From Histomonas meleagridis 2922-C6/04-290x (lineage: Eukaryota; Protista; Parabasalia), in NCBI GenBank assembly GCA_020184695.1, contig JAANOX010000070.1:307889-371888 (forward strand): a stretch of DNA of 64,000 bases, written 5' to 3'. Numbering within the stretch: the stretch's first letter is position 1; the number at the start of each line of letters is the position of its first letter. Below the pieces are notes generated by a model. That model saw only the letters and a program-made list of their open reading frames with translations. It ran no database searches and had not been told where the DNA came from. A program made the translations under genes and the position numbers. Below are positions 23,201 through 34,400 of this stretch, piece by piece.

Positions 23201-23252
23201 CAAGGTTGTCAAACAGACGTTCTTTTTCAACCTTTGTAAAGTCGGACTCCAT
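20211..23252 (-). CDS. TKL-type pseudokinase fused to a GBP/atlastin-like P-loop GTPase
   Basis: N-terminal kinase fold (IHRHLTAKNI, APEIING, TDVYAFGLLMYEI, RPTF); LFGPYQSGKSTYLKTLTG Walker A, GVRSQTQGI, FFIDSQGIGD; hydrophobic segment near residue 710-740. Confidence 0.75.
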   Translation of the reverse strand: MESDFTKVEKERLFDNLDLFQINSSQASTDYYDISIGMIKYTGQQVVMKKSKSLNAQKSLVDEFKELCSVAYPTVQSVVGLYLGKNHEEATLITPFYEKGTISNIIQAGNTTNINFNLTSKIIVIIGISFGMQYLHQKEIIHRHLTAKNIYIGEQFHPIISGFANSMDISIEAPEIINGNEYTKETDVYAFGLLMYEIFTGHQPYQGLTPDKIQENLTNGVLPEMPLQIPQAYATIIRECLSKDPNNRPTFQTISNNIIAAYTDRRFRGINIAIVDEYKNLLLDSEICPLNNFVIPTPLFSQEGVPFPERNEVKIPIKINEFEAVIRKAGDRPIVLVMLFGPYQSGKSTYLKTLTGNAAFYAGKGVRSQTQGILIDGPYYVSDLIERLGTDYVELQEKCNSLNVNPDTALFFIDSQGIGDKRYEEELKPILDKVNALFTSISTICLTICESNVEVGDIQTILTTIRRAQLSKKIPFSKVYFLVKGWKDLENVLDVPNPDEYQHHVRGFSEQWMNEHNIAKELYAYDSLYPLPLGNNVKNLPGYINSVYQSLYYMLDSIKFMNYNQDLYINSLKNAIKGLFFPQYVNWLDAILNFEHDKIPNTLNSALKHCCNCCLLLSFVILDFIHSGINGSYDVDIILMNIKTIVDVTTEYVLPYILGEDKIPFNDFYQFYWEIYRDLLSYVKYRNPEWGKIMKEGNFLQSKKWVMTAGVGSVAFAVAFIPVVGTAASLLTSFGYVLGMQIKAYLLRREQKKIVDTLATTIYPYIWERNIEEINPKIITLNKIPSRIEKGNILFIYYEQPNHDSHLLFQALTGIKIKQNDQSNIKLYHSINVPKLMKRFLRHSDNVTTTLPETVSFLYVKNVQQNDILRIEEIRRQESEETIFITSIIEEEQIQITPENTQSLNVILLSGSHFEINLVSKKGFKKEMYQVNRRINDLNNNTQIKYLPVHAKDYNFEDYGPRCMASIKYACRYLMKDPKLILTDEEIQEFQTSLLNYETVIAHIDANTIFNIS

Positions 23253-23797
23253 ATTTAATGGAAAAACCCATTTGGCATATTTTGGTGACCGTTACAGAAC
23301 TCTGTCTTTTGCCCTTCATAATGCTGATAATTTCATTTGTTTTGTACTGGTTAATCAACTTTGTTACCATTTAATGGAAATTTGCTGAAAATAGGTAGAT
23401 TTAAAAAATATGGTCAAAAAAATTCATATTTATAAATATGAAGCAAAAGTACGAGTTTATATATTTAAAAAAGATTATATTTTTATTAAAAAATTGGGAT
23501 ATAATTTGTTCTTTAACTTTTTCAAAATCGAAAAATTAAGAAATTTAATATTAATAAATTTCCCCATTTCCTGCATTACTAAAAAATTTACTTAGGGAAA
23601 TTATAATTTTCATCTTATATGATATGTTCGGGAAAATGAAACAACAGCACAATTTTAATCAAAGAAAAAAACTTTGTTCTAGCTTGGGACTTAGTCACTT
23701 TTAGCCGGAAATATGTCATATTAAATTTATTCAATTTTTTATGCACGATAAATCTTCATAAAATCAAAAGTTTAGTCTTCAAATTTAACGTTCATTT

Positions 23798-25267
23798 ATG
23801 GATTTCGATCCCATAATTGCATATGTTCCAAAAACAAAAAGGTCGAAAAATGCCTCTGTTGCAAGTATTTTTTCAACAAAAAAAGCAACTCCAGTAAAAC
23901 CCAAATTTGATTCAGCAATTCCAGTACAATTTTTACAAAAAGTAAATTTTATGGAAAAATATCCAGAATCACTTAAAAAATTTATTACCCGATGCTTCCA
24001 CAATTGTGACACTGAGCAGTCAAAAGCGTTGGTTTCTTCACGTTTACTTAATAAAATCAATGCTGTTTCTGCCCAAGGAATGATAAACCTGCACAACTGG
24101 AACAATGAGCAACTTGTAACTTCGGTTGAAAAGCCTAAGCCCAAGCTTGCTTTTTCTTCGAATTTTATACAAAATCAGATAAGTCCAAAACCTCAACCTC
24201 AAAAACAACAGCCTCCTGCTAAGAGTAATAATCCAATTGCTCCTGTTAAAATTAACAAAACCCAAACAAATACTTTTTCATCTGGATTGGCAGCATTTTC
24301 CCCTGCGCAGAAAAGCATTGAAATCCCAACCAAAAAGCCATTGCTTATTTCTTCGTCATGGGTTAATTTACCAATCCAAAATAATTTATCAACACATAAT
24401 TCACAGCCTGCACAAACATCTAAGAAATTGTCCAAAGCTGCTAAAAAGAAAGCATTGAAGCAAAGTAAAACTGATAAATTTTTAATTTCTAACTCACAGA
24501 TAGAAAATAATAATATTTTCTTCCCATATGATTCTAACAACAAGGGGAATAAGCCAATTGTTGGAACCTCTAAAGCCCTTGAAAAGCCTTATTTCCGACT
24601 TGCTGGTGAAACCTTACCTGATGCATCAGAATTTCGACCATTAGAAGTTCTTAAGAAGAGTTTGAAGTATTGCATTAAAAAGTACGAGAAAAGTAATGAT
24701 TATGAATACATAAGTGAACAGCTTCGAAGCATTCGTCAAGATTTATTAGTACAACATATTGAAGATCCATTTTGCGTTGAAGTATATGAAATACATTCTG
24801 TTCTTTCCATTGAGCACAAGGATTGGGGGAATTTCAACCAATCAATGACATCTCTCGAAACCTTGTATCAAATGGGCTATGGCACTTTTGAGCACGTTTG
24901 TGAATTTTACGGTTATAGAATACTTTACTTGATCGGCGTTGATGACATTAACGGTCTCTATTCATTTCTACCAAAAATTCCTGACAATGTGATGAAAAGC
25001 AAAGAAATCCAATTTGCACTTAATGTTTGGAAGTTTGCATCATGTGGTGAATGGTGTTCTTTTTTCAAAATGATGAATGAAGCATCACCAATTTGCTCAA
25101 ATGTGATGTCCATTAAGGCAGATTCAATTCGATTTCTAGCATTATCATCATCATTTAAGGGATATAGAAAAATAACTTTGAGAGGATATCGTCAATTACT
25201 TTACTTAGATTCAGATGAAAGCACAAGAAAATATCTTGCGGACAAAGAAATTACAATTCCTGAGTAG
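23798..25267 (+). CDS. SAC3/GANP/THP3 family protein (LENG8/Thp3-like)
   Basis: IVGTSKALEKPYFRL, RPLEVLKKSL, EQLRSIRQDLLVQHI, EVYEIH; Inr-like TCATTT just upstream of the ATG. Confidence 0.85.
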   Translation: MDFDPIIAYVPKTKRSKNASVASIFSTKKATPVKPKFDSAIPVQFLQKVNFMEKYPESLKKFITRCFHNCDTEQSKALVSSRLLNKINAVSAQGMINLHNWNNEQLVTSVEKPKPKLAFSSNFIQNQISPKPQPQKQQPPAKSNNPIAPVKINKTQTNTFSSGLAAFSPAQKSIEIPTKKPLLISSSWVNLPIQNNLSTHNSQPAQTSKKLSKAAKKKALKQSKTDKFLISNSQIENNNIFFPYDSNNKGNKPIVGTSKALEKPYFRLAGETLPDASEFRPLEVLKKSLKYCIKKYEKSNDYEYISEQLRSIRQDLLVQHIEDPFCVEVYEIHSVLSIEHKDWGNFNQSMTSLETLYQMGYGTFEHVCEFYGYRILYLIGVDDINGLYSFLPKIPDNVMKSKEIQFALNVWKFASCGEWCSFFKMMNEASPICSNVMSIKADSIRFLALSSSFKGYRKITLRGYRQLLYLDSDESTRKYLADKEITIPE

Positions 25268-25753
25268 TTATCGTTTGTGATTATTTGTTTTTTGTGTTTT
25301 GTGTTTTGTTTTGTATTTAAAATTTCTTTTTCTTTGACTTTTTTTTGAAGACAGAGATATTTTTCTAATAAATTGTTCCTTTTTAATTTAATTTTTTTTT
25401 AATCAAATACATTTTCAAGATAATATTAAATTTTTTTAATAATAGAATATGATTTTGCTATTCATGAAAAGCTTTATTATTAATTTTTTATGGGAGACTC
25501 GATAAAAAATTTGAAGAAACTTGGATAAATGAATTTTAAAAATGAAAAGTTTTGTTCTGCTTACTTCATGTTTGAATTCCAATTCAATTGTGTTAAAAAC
25601 ATTATTGTATCAACAATCTAAAGAATCTCTATAGAAATGTCATTACATATTTATATGAACACTGTGACTTTGTTAAGCAAATCAATTTCTGCATTTATTT
25701 TTTCACTCATTAAAAACAACAATTTACAAATAATATTTACAAAACAAAAACAT

Positions 25754-27781
25754 TTAATCCGGCAATTCTATTTCATCCGTTGATGTTGTTGATTCATCTT
25801 GTTTTTTCTCTCTTTTTATTACGAATGTTGCAATGAGCATTATATACGTCACTATTTGCACGTAAGTAAAATACGACGTGAACACCGAAAATGTACTTCC
25901 GTAGAACAGACACAAGATTACCCACGCAACAGTTGCCACAATCAATACCAAACCGTTTACACAAAATTCCACATTTTGCATCAAACAATGTTCTTTCGAT
26001 TCGAAGTAAAGTCCGCACAAATTAATCACAGGCAAAACCCACAACAAGTAATAGCACACCATAATCAAATATGAATGTGCATCGAAATATATATCGCCAT
26101 CAGCTTTATAACCCCATAACCAAACTAATGCCAAATAATTTTCTATTTTCGTTTCAGCATAAGGGATAAATAAAGTCGCAATCGCTAAAAATAATATAAA
26201 TAAATATAAATACAACGGTACTTTCCTTAATCGATTCCATATATATAATGGTCCTAAAATGATTTGCTTAAGTATTGGAATATTATTATCATTATTATAA
26301 AACATATAATCTTCAAATTCATCAAGTTGCTTCTTTAAGAATATCCATAATGGTATTAGTTTTAATATGGTAATAGTTAGAAACACAAATCCAAGTGCTA
26401 CATAGAAATCTTTCGTGTTCGAATTACGTATAATTTCAATGAAAATCGGAGATTTCTTTCCAACATAAAATTCAAATTTCTTCGTTACGTCACCTGTAAC
26501 TTTAAGTTTATGTTTCCCATCTTTAATCGTAATATTTAATGAATAAAGTCGTACATTCTTTTTCATTGTCTTTGTCATTGGTATTTTACCAATTTCTTTC
26601 CTATCAATAATTAATGTTAAGTTTAATTCATCTGTAGAAAAGCCAATGATTCGAACAGGAAATGTGTTCTCATTAAAGACTTGGAATTTACCAACTTGAT
26701 GTAATGGAATTGGATAAGAAATCGCTATATTGTTTGTATCAAATGGATTAATTTCATTATAAACAATTGCTCCTTTCTCAACTGTAATAACTCCTACTGT
26801 ATCTGTATAACATGTTGAAGTTGAAGTTACTGTTAATGTGTCTTCAATATGATGAGTATAAAACTCTTTTGGATGTATATGTCCTGCTAAATAAATGTCC
26901 GATTTACTAATGATGGAATGGAAACTTTCACCATTCGATGCAGATCGTCCCCATAATGAACCAACTGGAAAATGCGAAATTATTATATTTGTTGCATTAT
27001 CCATAAAGCTCTTTTGAAGAGAATCAACATCGGATTGAAGTAAAATTGGTATTGAGCCAAATGGTCCAGTTGGATATGGGAAATGTAATCCGGTAAATGA
27101 TATAAAATTAAGTTTACCGACGTTTGAATTAAGTAAATAATTTGTCCCTGAAATTCGTAAATCGGAATTAAGTGAAAATTGTCTGTAATAATTTTGTGGG
27201 GAATCATCATCTGATATTCCAAAATAATCATGATTGCCTGGATATTCAAGAATAATTCTGCCTTCTTTAATTAGACCGGAATCATAACGTGAATTATTGT
27301 ACAAAACCCAATTTTGAAGATTAGGTCCATGTTTTTGAATAAAAGATCCTTCATCAGTACCATCAGTAATATCACCTGCAACAATTACAAGTGGCGGTCT
27401 GATCTTTTTTGAAACGTTACCAAAAATATTTTTAACTTTTTCAACATTAGATGGACTCTTTTGTGTGAAATGTGTATCAGACATTTGGACAAAATAAAAT
27501 GGTTCTTCAGTGAAAGGTTCTGTACGATTATTAGAAATTATATTTCCGACTGTTGAATATTTTGTTACCAAAAATGCAACGAGTAAACAGAATAAAATGA
27601 AGATAAGGTTAAAGTAATGGGAGAAGAAGTATGGTAAACGTCGTACATGAAATTGTTTTTCTTCTACGACCTCATCCATTTCCTGCAAATTTGAAATATG
27701 AATGCACGATCGCACAAGAATTTGTGCCTGTAACTTTTTCAAAAAATTGTAAAAGAGAACAATTTTTGATTCAAAATTCAA
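25754..27781 (-). CDS. Calcineurin-like metallophosphoesterase membrane protein (TMEM62-like)
   Basis: MSDTH, AGDITD, PGNHD, ISHFP, AGHIH motifs; N-terminal TM and several C-terminal TMs. Confidence 0.85.
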   Translation of the reverse strand: MNFESKIVLFYNFLKKLQAQILVRSCIHISNLQEMDEVVEEKQFHVRRLPYFFSHYFNLIFILFCLLVAFLVTKYSTVGNIISNNRTEPFTEEPFYFVQMSDTHFTQKSPSNVEKVKNIFGNVSKKIRPPLVIVAGDITDGTDEGSFIQKHGPNLQNWVLYNNSRYDSGLIKEGRIILEYPGNHDYFGISDDDSPQNYYRQFSLNSDLRISGTNYLLNSNVGKLNFISFTGLHFPYPTGPFGSIPILLQSDVDSLQKSFMDNATNIIISHFPVGSLWGRSASNGESFHSIISKSDIYLAGHIHPKEFYTHHIEDTLTVTSTSTCYTDTVGVITVEKGAIVYNEINPFDTNNIAISYPIPLHQVGKFQVFNENTFPVRIIGFSTDELNLTLIIDRKEIGKIPMTKTMKKNVRLYSLNITIKDGKHKLKVTGDVTKKFEFYVGKKSPIFIEIIRNSNTKDFYVALGFVFLTITILKLIPLWIFLKKQLDEFEDYMFYNNDNNIPILKQIILGPLYIWNRLRKVPLYLYLFILFLAIATLFIPYAETKIENYLALVWLWGYKADGDIYFDAHSYLIMVCYYLLWVLPVINLCGLYFESKEHCLMQNVEFCVNGLVLIVATVAWVILCLFYGSTFSVFTSYFTYVQIVTYIMLIATFVIKREKKQDESTTSTDEIELPD

Positions 27782-28416
27782 AATCGATTTTAAATGAATT
27801 GAAAAATCTAAGTTAACCCATCAAAACTTTGAATTTTGTGAGAACTTATGATAACACTCCGATCAGCATAATACACGATAGATAAAATTGTGAATAAATA
27901 TTTTGCCACATGAAGAATTTACATCAAAATAATAAATATATAATGTATTTCACATTACATTAAATTAATAATATATAACAAGTAATAGTGAATTTAATTT
28001 TATTAGTATATTATAAATTAGTAATATGGTTGATGGATTATGATACGTTTTGTTCCCAAAATTTTGTATTGTTCTGTAGTTGTCAATGACGATACAACCA
28101 TTTTATTTCAATTTACTCTGTCATAAATCTGGAACGTGAGTGTCGCGGTTTTTTTAACCCAAACCGATAATTCTTCCATTTTCACAAAAACTCCCAATCA
28201 AATTCAAAAAATTTTGCCAAATGACAAATGACACGCTCAAAAGTATTCCTGAAATCAAACTCGAATTATCTAGTTTCATATATAAAACATGAATAAAATA
28301 CATTAGCGTATTTAAATCGTTGAATATAAATATATATTTCATTTATATTTCTAAAAATAAGAAATCATGATTTGATTAATTTTAAAAACTAAAACATAAA
28401 AAAGAAATAACACATT

Positions 28417-31400
28417 TTACTTTTCATTTGCTGACATCAAAGAAACAATTTCCACTAAAATTGTTTCTCCTTCAATGCTCATATGTGTTTGGTAATATTC
28501 AGCTATTTTCTCCAAATCTTCATTTGATATGTTCAAATTAGGTTTTTGTTTATCCGCAATTAATGAAACATTTGAAATGAATTGCATTGCATCATGAATC
28601 AAAATTCTATTTTTCGAACCTTTTCCATTTGCCACCTTTAACAACTCAATTCTCAAAAGCTTTGATCCCATTTTTAGCCAATCGTCGATTGCAAATTCAT
28701 TCCATAATCCTTTGTTCGTCATCAACAAATCGAAAACTTTTTGACAGAAAAATTCAATATGAATTGAATTTTTCAACAACACATTCAATGCTTTACATAT
28801 TCTTTTCATCGATCTTTCGTCGAACCACCCCATATTGAACTTTTTGGAGAAGCATTCAATTAAAGTCATGTAAACCTCCGCTTTTGAATTATTTACATTC
28901 ACCAAAATTTTGAATTCATTTATTAACGTATCCAAAGCGTATTTAATTGTAATTTTTTTATATTGGAATATTGTATTAATGAAACATTTTATTGCATATT
29001 TTTGCTTATCCATATCGAATGAATTTATGATACCTTTTTCTTTCAGCTTGATGAAATAATTAAAAATTTTTTCGACAAATTCATCGGAAATTAACATCAA
29101 TGAATTCAATAAGTTATAAGTTGCAGAGTTACAACATAATTCGTCGTTACTACTTGTTAACGCGATTTTAAAGACGAGGTCGAGACTTGGCATATATTGT
29201 TTTATATACGAAATCACAAAATTTTTGGCTTTAGATCGATTATCAGAATTAATTTCGACATAACTTTGTATGAAAACTGCAATGACTTTTATCATGTACG
29301 AAGTTAATACAGAAAATGTTTGGTTCATTAAATAACTTTGGATTCGCTTTATATAATATTCGAACAAATATGCGGATTTAAATGTATTCGATGTTTCAGG
29401 ATATGTATACATTAATTTCCATGAAAGTCTTAATAATATTAATGAGTTCGGATTGCGTGATAACTTTTCTTCATATAAAAATCGTGAAAATTTCGTTGGC
29501 TCTTTAAGATGTTTAACTTTGTGAGTTAAGATATGTTGGAATTCATTCGAATATAATGAGTTTTGTTCGAATATAAATTTAAATGTGTTCCGGAAGAAAT
29601 CGGATTGAACATAAGTATCGAAACATGAGTTTGGAATTCTTTTGACAAAACTTATTACTGTTTCTTGTTCAGTTTTCGGTAAAAGTCCGAATTTAAAGAA
29701 CGAGAAATTACCTAAAAATGATGAAAATGTTTTTGGCGTATTAAAAAATGATTTAAAAATATTTCGATCCAAAAACGAACTTAAGAAATCAAGTAAGAAC
29801 AAGTTTGGAAGATTAATATCAAATGAACTAAATTGATACGAAAATTTTATATAATCATTTGCATATTTAACAACTTCTTGTTTTAAGTTTCCTTTAGTTA
29901 TTAAATGTTTTAACAACAGGAAATATTGTTTCGATACACTACATTCAGCGAAAGTTCGAAAATCGAATTTATATTCCGAATAAAGTGATTTCTCATGTTT
30001 AATGAAATTTGTATTATAAAGATTAACAATGTTAAATAAACTTAAATAATCAGTCGTTAAGATACAAAATATTTTATATATAGCTTCACGAACACTTTTA
30101 ATTTTCCAAAAGAACCAATTTTCGATTAAACTTTTTGATATTTTTATTATGATTAATGATAAATCAGATTTAAATTCATTACATATATCAGAGAAATAAG
30201 TGATAAATAACTCATTAAATTCTCTCGATTGATTCATTATAAGATTAATGAAATTGTTATAACGAATTTGCGTTTGTTGGTTTTCAACAGATAATATACA
30301 AATGAATATTAAACAAAACACTTTATATGAATTTGTTTGGAAGTTATTTATTAAATCAAATGAAATTATATCTTTTTTCAAGAATTTGATTAACATTTTA
30401 GTAAAGTCAACTGCATAAATTTCGGAATTTAAAAATGTGAAAATTGTATTTTTATTATTTATTATTGGTATTATTATATCGAAATCATTTGGATATAATG
30501 AAATTGTTTCTTGAATTATATTAAATATTATACTTAAATCAATAACTTCAAGTAAACAATTTGACTCTAAAAAGAATTTTAATAAGTTATTCATACAAGT
30601 TAAACATTTATATGAATTAATCTTTTGATATGTTTTAATATATTGATATAAAGGTAAAAACAATTCTTTAAATATTTCAATGTTTGATTCGATTTTATCA
30701 ATTTGAGTATATAATTTATCGAATAATTCATCAATGAAATTATTACAAATTTCTTCATTTTTTGATTTTGATATTGCATTTAATATAATATTTATATATT
30801 TTTGTTTTGAGTTTTGTGAAACATTTTGACTAAATAATATATTTATAAATAAATCAGATTTAACTAAAAATTTTTCTAAAATATTTTTATCGTTTTGTAT
30901 TAAATTATTACATTGATCTAATACAAATGATATAAATATATCATTTTGTATTGATTTTTCAAGAATTTCAAATATATCATCGATATTAATTTTAATATCA
31001 TTTAATAAATTTGTTACAATTCCAGATTTTTCTAATGAGCTTAAAATTAAGTTTTTAATATCATTTTGTAATCTTTCGATTAAATTTTCATTAATTTTAT
31101 ATTCATCATCATTATATTTATAATTTTTATTCTTATAAAACAATAAATAAGCTGTAGGACTTTCAGTTGTAGTATTATAATAACTATTTGTTTGATTATT
31201 ATATAAACGAATTGTTTTCTTACCTCCAAATGATTGTTCTTTAACTTCTATAAAACTTTCTCGATTAACAGAACTATCATTAAATTTATACCAATTTTTA
31301 TCATCTGAAATTTCTTTTATATGTGAGAAATAATGTCCTGAAGAAGCACTACCAAGATGTGAAACTATACCAACTAATTCATATTCGACTTTTTCTTCTT

Positions 31401-34400
31401 CATTTTCATCATTATCTAATATTGATGAAACATTTAAAGTTTCAGGGAATTCAAAATAACTATTAATCTTTTCACGTATATTTGTATTAATATTAAACTC
31501 AAATCGTTTTAGATTTAATATTAATACTGATGGTAATTTCTTAATTCGATGTATTTGTGTTGCATCAATTTTACCAATTCCTTCTGCATAATATTGGTTT
31601 TCATTGACTAATGAATCTGGTGAACAAAATGCTTTTAATGATTCTTCAATTTTAACATGATTTTTAATATCTAAAGGAAAAGTAATGAAGTTTTCATTAG
31701 TTGAATTCTCAAAATCATTATCAATTCCTTTAGTTTTATGTATTATAATTCCTTGAAATATTTCATTGATATTCGACTCATTTTGTTCAATTCGATCTAA
31801 TAACATTTGTAAAAATTCGACAGAATCTTGTTGTCGATGTGGATTTATAGGTTTTCCATCCCAATCTTTCCAATTCTTAATGAAATTTGTTGGATCAATA
31901 TTTAACGAAGGATAAAATAATAATTTCATAAACAAATATTGGAATTCCATTAACCATTCTTCATTAGTTTTAATTGATAAAATATGATAACGAAATTCAC
32001 TAATCGAAAATAATAATTGGATAATAGAATTCATATAACATGTAGCACCTAAATTCTTTAAACCTCGATATAATACACGAGGTTTAAGTTCGATTTCATT
32101 ATTTATTACAGTTTGAGTATTATTAGTTGTATTAAATGTATTTAATATTTTATGGAATAAAATTGTTGGAAATTCGGATTTTATTTGTAATATTTCATGA
32201 ATTAATTCTTCTAAAATTTTTGATTTTTCATAATAAATTTCTGTATTTAATAATACATCATTAATTAAATAATTAAATAATTCATCGATTTTTGGTATAT
32301 TTTCTTTATTAAGTTTCTTAATTAAAGTTAATAATATCTTATAAATGCTTTGTGATATATTAGAAAAAGGTGGTTTAAAATGAAGTTTTTCGATTATGTT
32401 TTCTGTGTTTGGAGGTTTATGATATTTAAATATATTATCTAATAAGTTATTCCAAATCGTTAACAAACCTTTTGATTTCTCAATAATTAAAATTAATATT
32501 TCGAAATATCCTTCATAACTTAATTGAAATGCTTTTTCCATTAAATTGATTATATTCTCTTCATAATCTAATGGTGAATAATGTTGTAAAATTTCACGTA
32601 AAATATGTCGAATATTATCTTTTGTTGTGAATAATGTTTCTTCTAATAAATTATTAAAGTTATTTAATGAGAATAAATTTGGTTTATTAATTATTTTTAA
32701 TAAATTTAACATTTGATATGTTAAATTCGAATTATTTTTAATTTTTTCTATTATATCATTTATTAACTTTTCAATTAATTCATCACTAATATTAATATTA
32801 TTATTTAAAAGTGAATTTATTAAATTAATTATTAATAAATTTTGTTCATCATCAATTATAATATTATTAACAAGAATATTAAACAAATGTTCAATACCTT
32901 TAATTTCAACGAATTTTGATTTAAATTCATTTTCTTGAATTAATAAATTTCCAATTAAATTTAATCTATAAATTAATAAATTTATATTATTTATATTTAA
33001 TATTTCATTTATATTATCTGCATTTAAACTATTTATTAATTGTTTCTCACTTTCTAATGGAGGCATTTCATTTAATATTTTTAATGAAACTTTTCCTAAG
33101 TTTTCATCATTCAATAAATTCATTAATTTATCCGAATATTTTAATAATATTTGTGAAGGTAATTCATTAATATTAATTTGTTTTTGTGTTGAATATTTTG
33201 AATAATTATTTTTAGTCACATTTATAGTAAAGTTATTATTAATTTGAAAGTTTTGATTCATTAAAGAATTACCATTTTTATCATTAAAAGTAAGATTTTC
33301 AACATTTTCACCAAATAAATTTGCAATTCTTTTAAACAAATTTATCGAATTTATATTTTTCGGCATATTAATTTTAGTATTAATTTCACCAATTATATTT
33401 ATCGTGATTTGATCATTATTTAAATAATATTTATTCGATGAAATATTTAATAAACTTTTATCAATTCCATCTTCAATTAAATGTAAATAATAATCAATTG
33501 CCCATAATGAATACTTATTAATATTTTCTTGTTCCATTATAATATTTATATATTTTTCATTACCATTTTCTATTTTTTGATAATATTTTGTGATAAATAT
33601 TAATGTATCCTTATCATTAGTCTTAAAGAATAAGTTCCATATGTTTTTAATTTTATTATCTTCATCTTCAATTATATTAAATAAATATGAAATTAATTCA
33701 AACAACTCCGAATTCATTGATTCTAAATTACATAATTTCTCATATAATATTTGTATCATTTCAGTTGTAAATATTTTCTTGTCGATTTGATTCTTTAAGA
33801 AATATCGAATTTCTTTTGATTGTGTTAAGAATTCACTTGAAATTAAATCAATTAAATAATTGAAATCTTCAATTTTTAATTCTTCAAGTTTAGATAACGC
33901 TGGACTTAATAATGTTAAAAATTTCGCTGAATTATTCTTTGGTAATGAATATAAAAGTGTATTAAAGTCAATATTAAAATCATTTTTCAAATTATTATAA
34001 AAAGATAATAACAAATGAAATCCTAAATCGGAATTTTTGTTATTTTTGATCATTTCTAATGCTTTTTCTTGTATTTCATTTGTTTTACTTTGAGGAATAC
34101 ATCGACATAAAAATATGATAATACTTAATTTATAATTTTTTTCTAATTCTTTATTCTCATTAAATTTATCCCAAAACATTTTAAAAAGTTCACATTTTTG
34201 TTGTTCATTTGCATTTCCAATTAATTGTTCCAAGAAATTTATCGATTGTATTGGGAAAACTTTGATCTCAATTGCAGCATTAATAATATAATTTATAACT
34301 TCAGGTGTAAAATCACTTAATAATGAAAACCAACCTTCGAAAAATGTATCAATTGTTGATGAATGTTGTTTCACTGATATGTTCCAAAACTCTTTAATTT

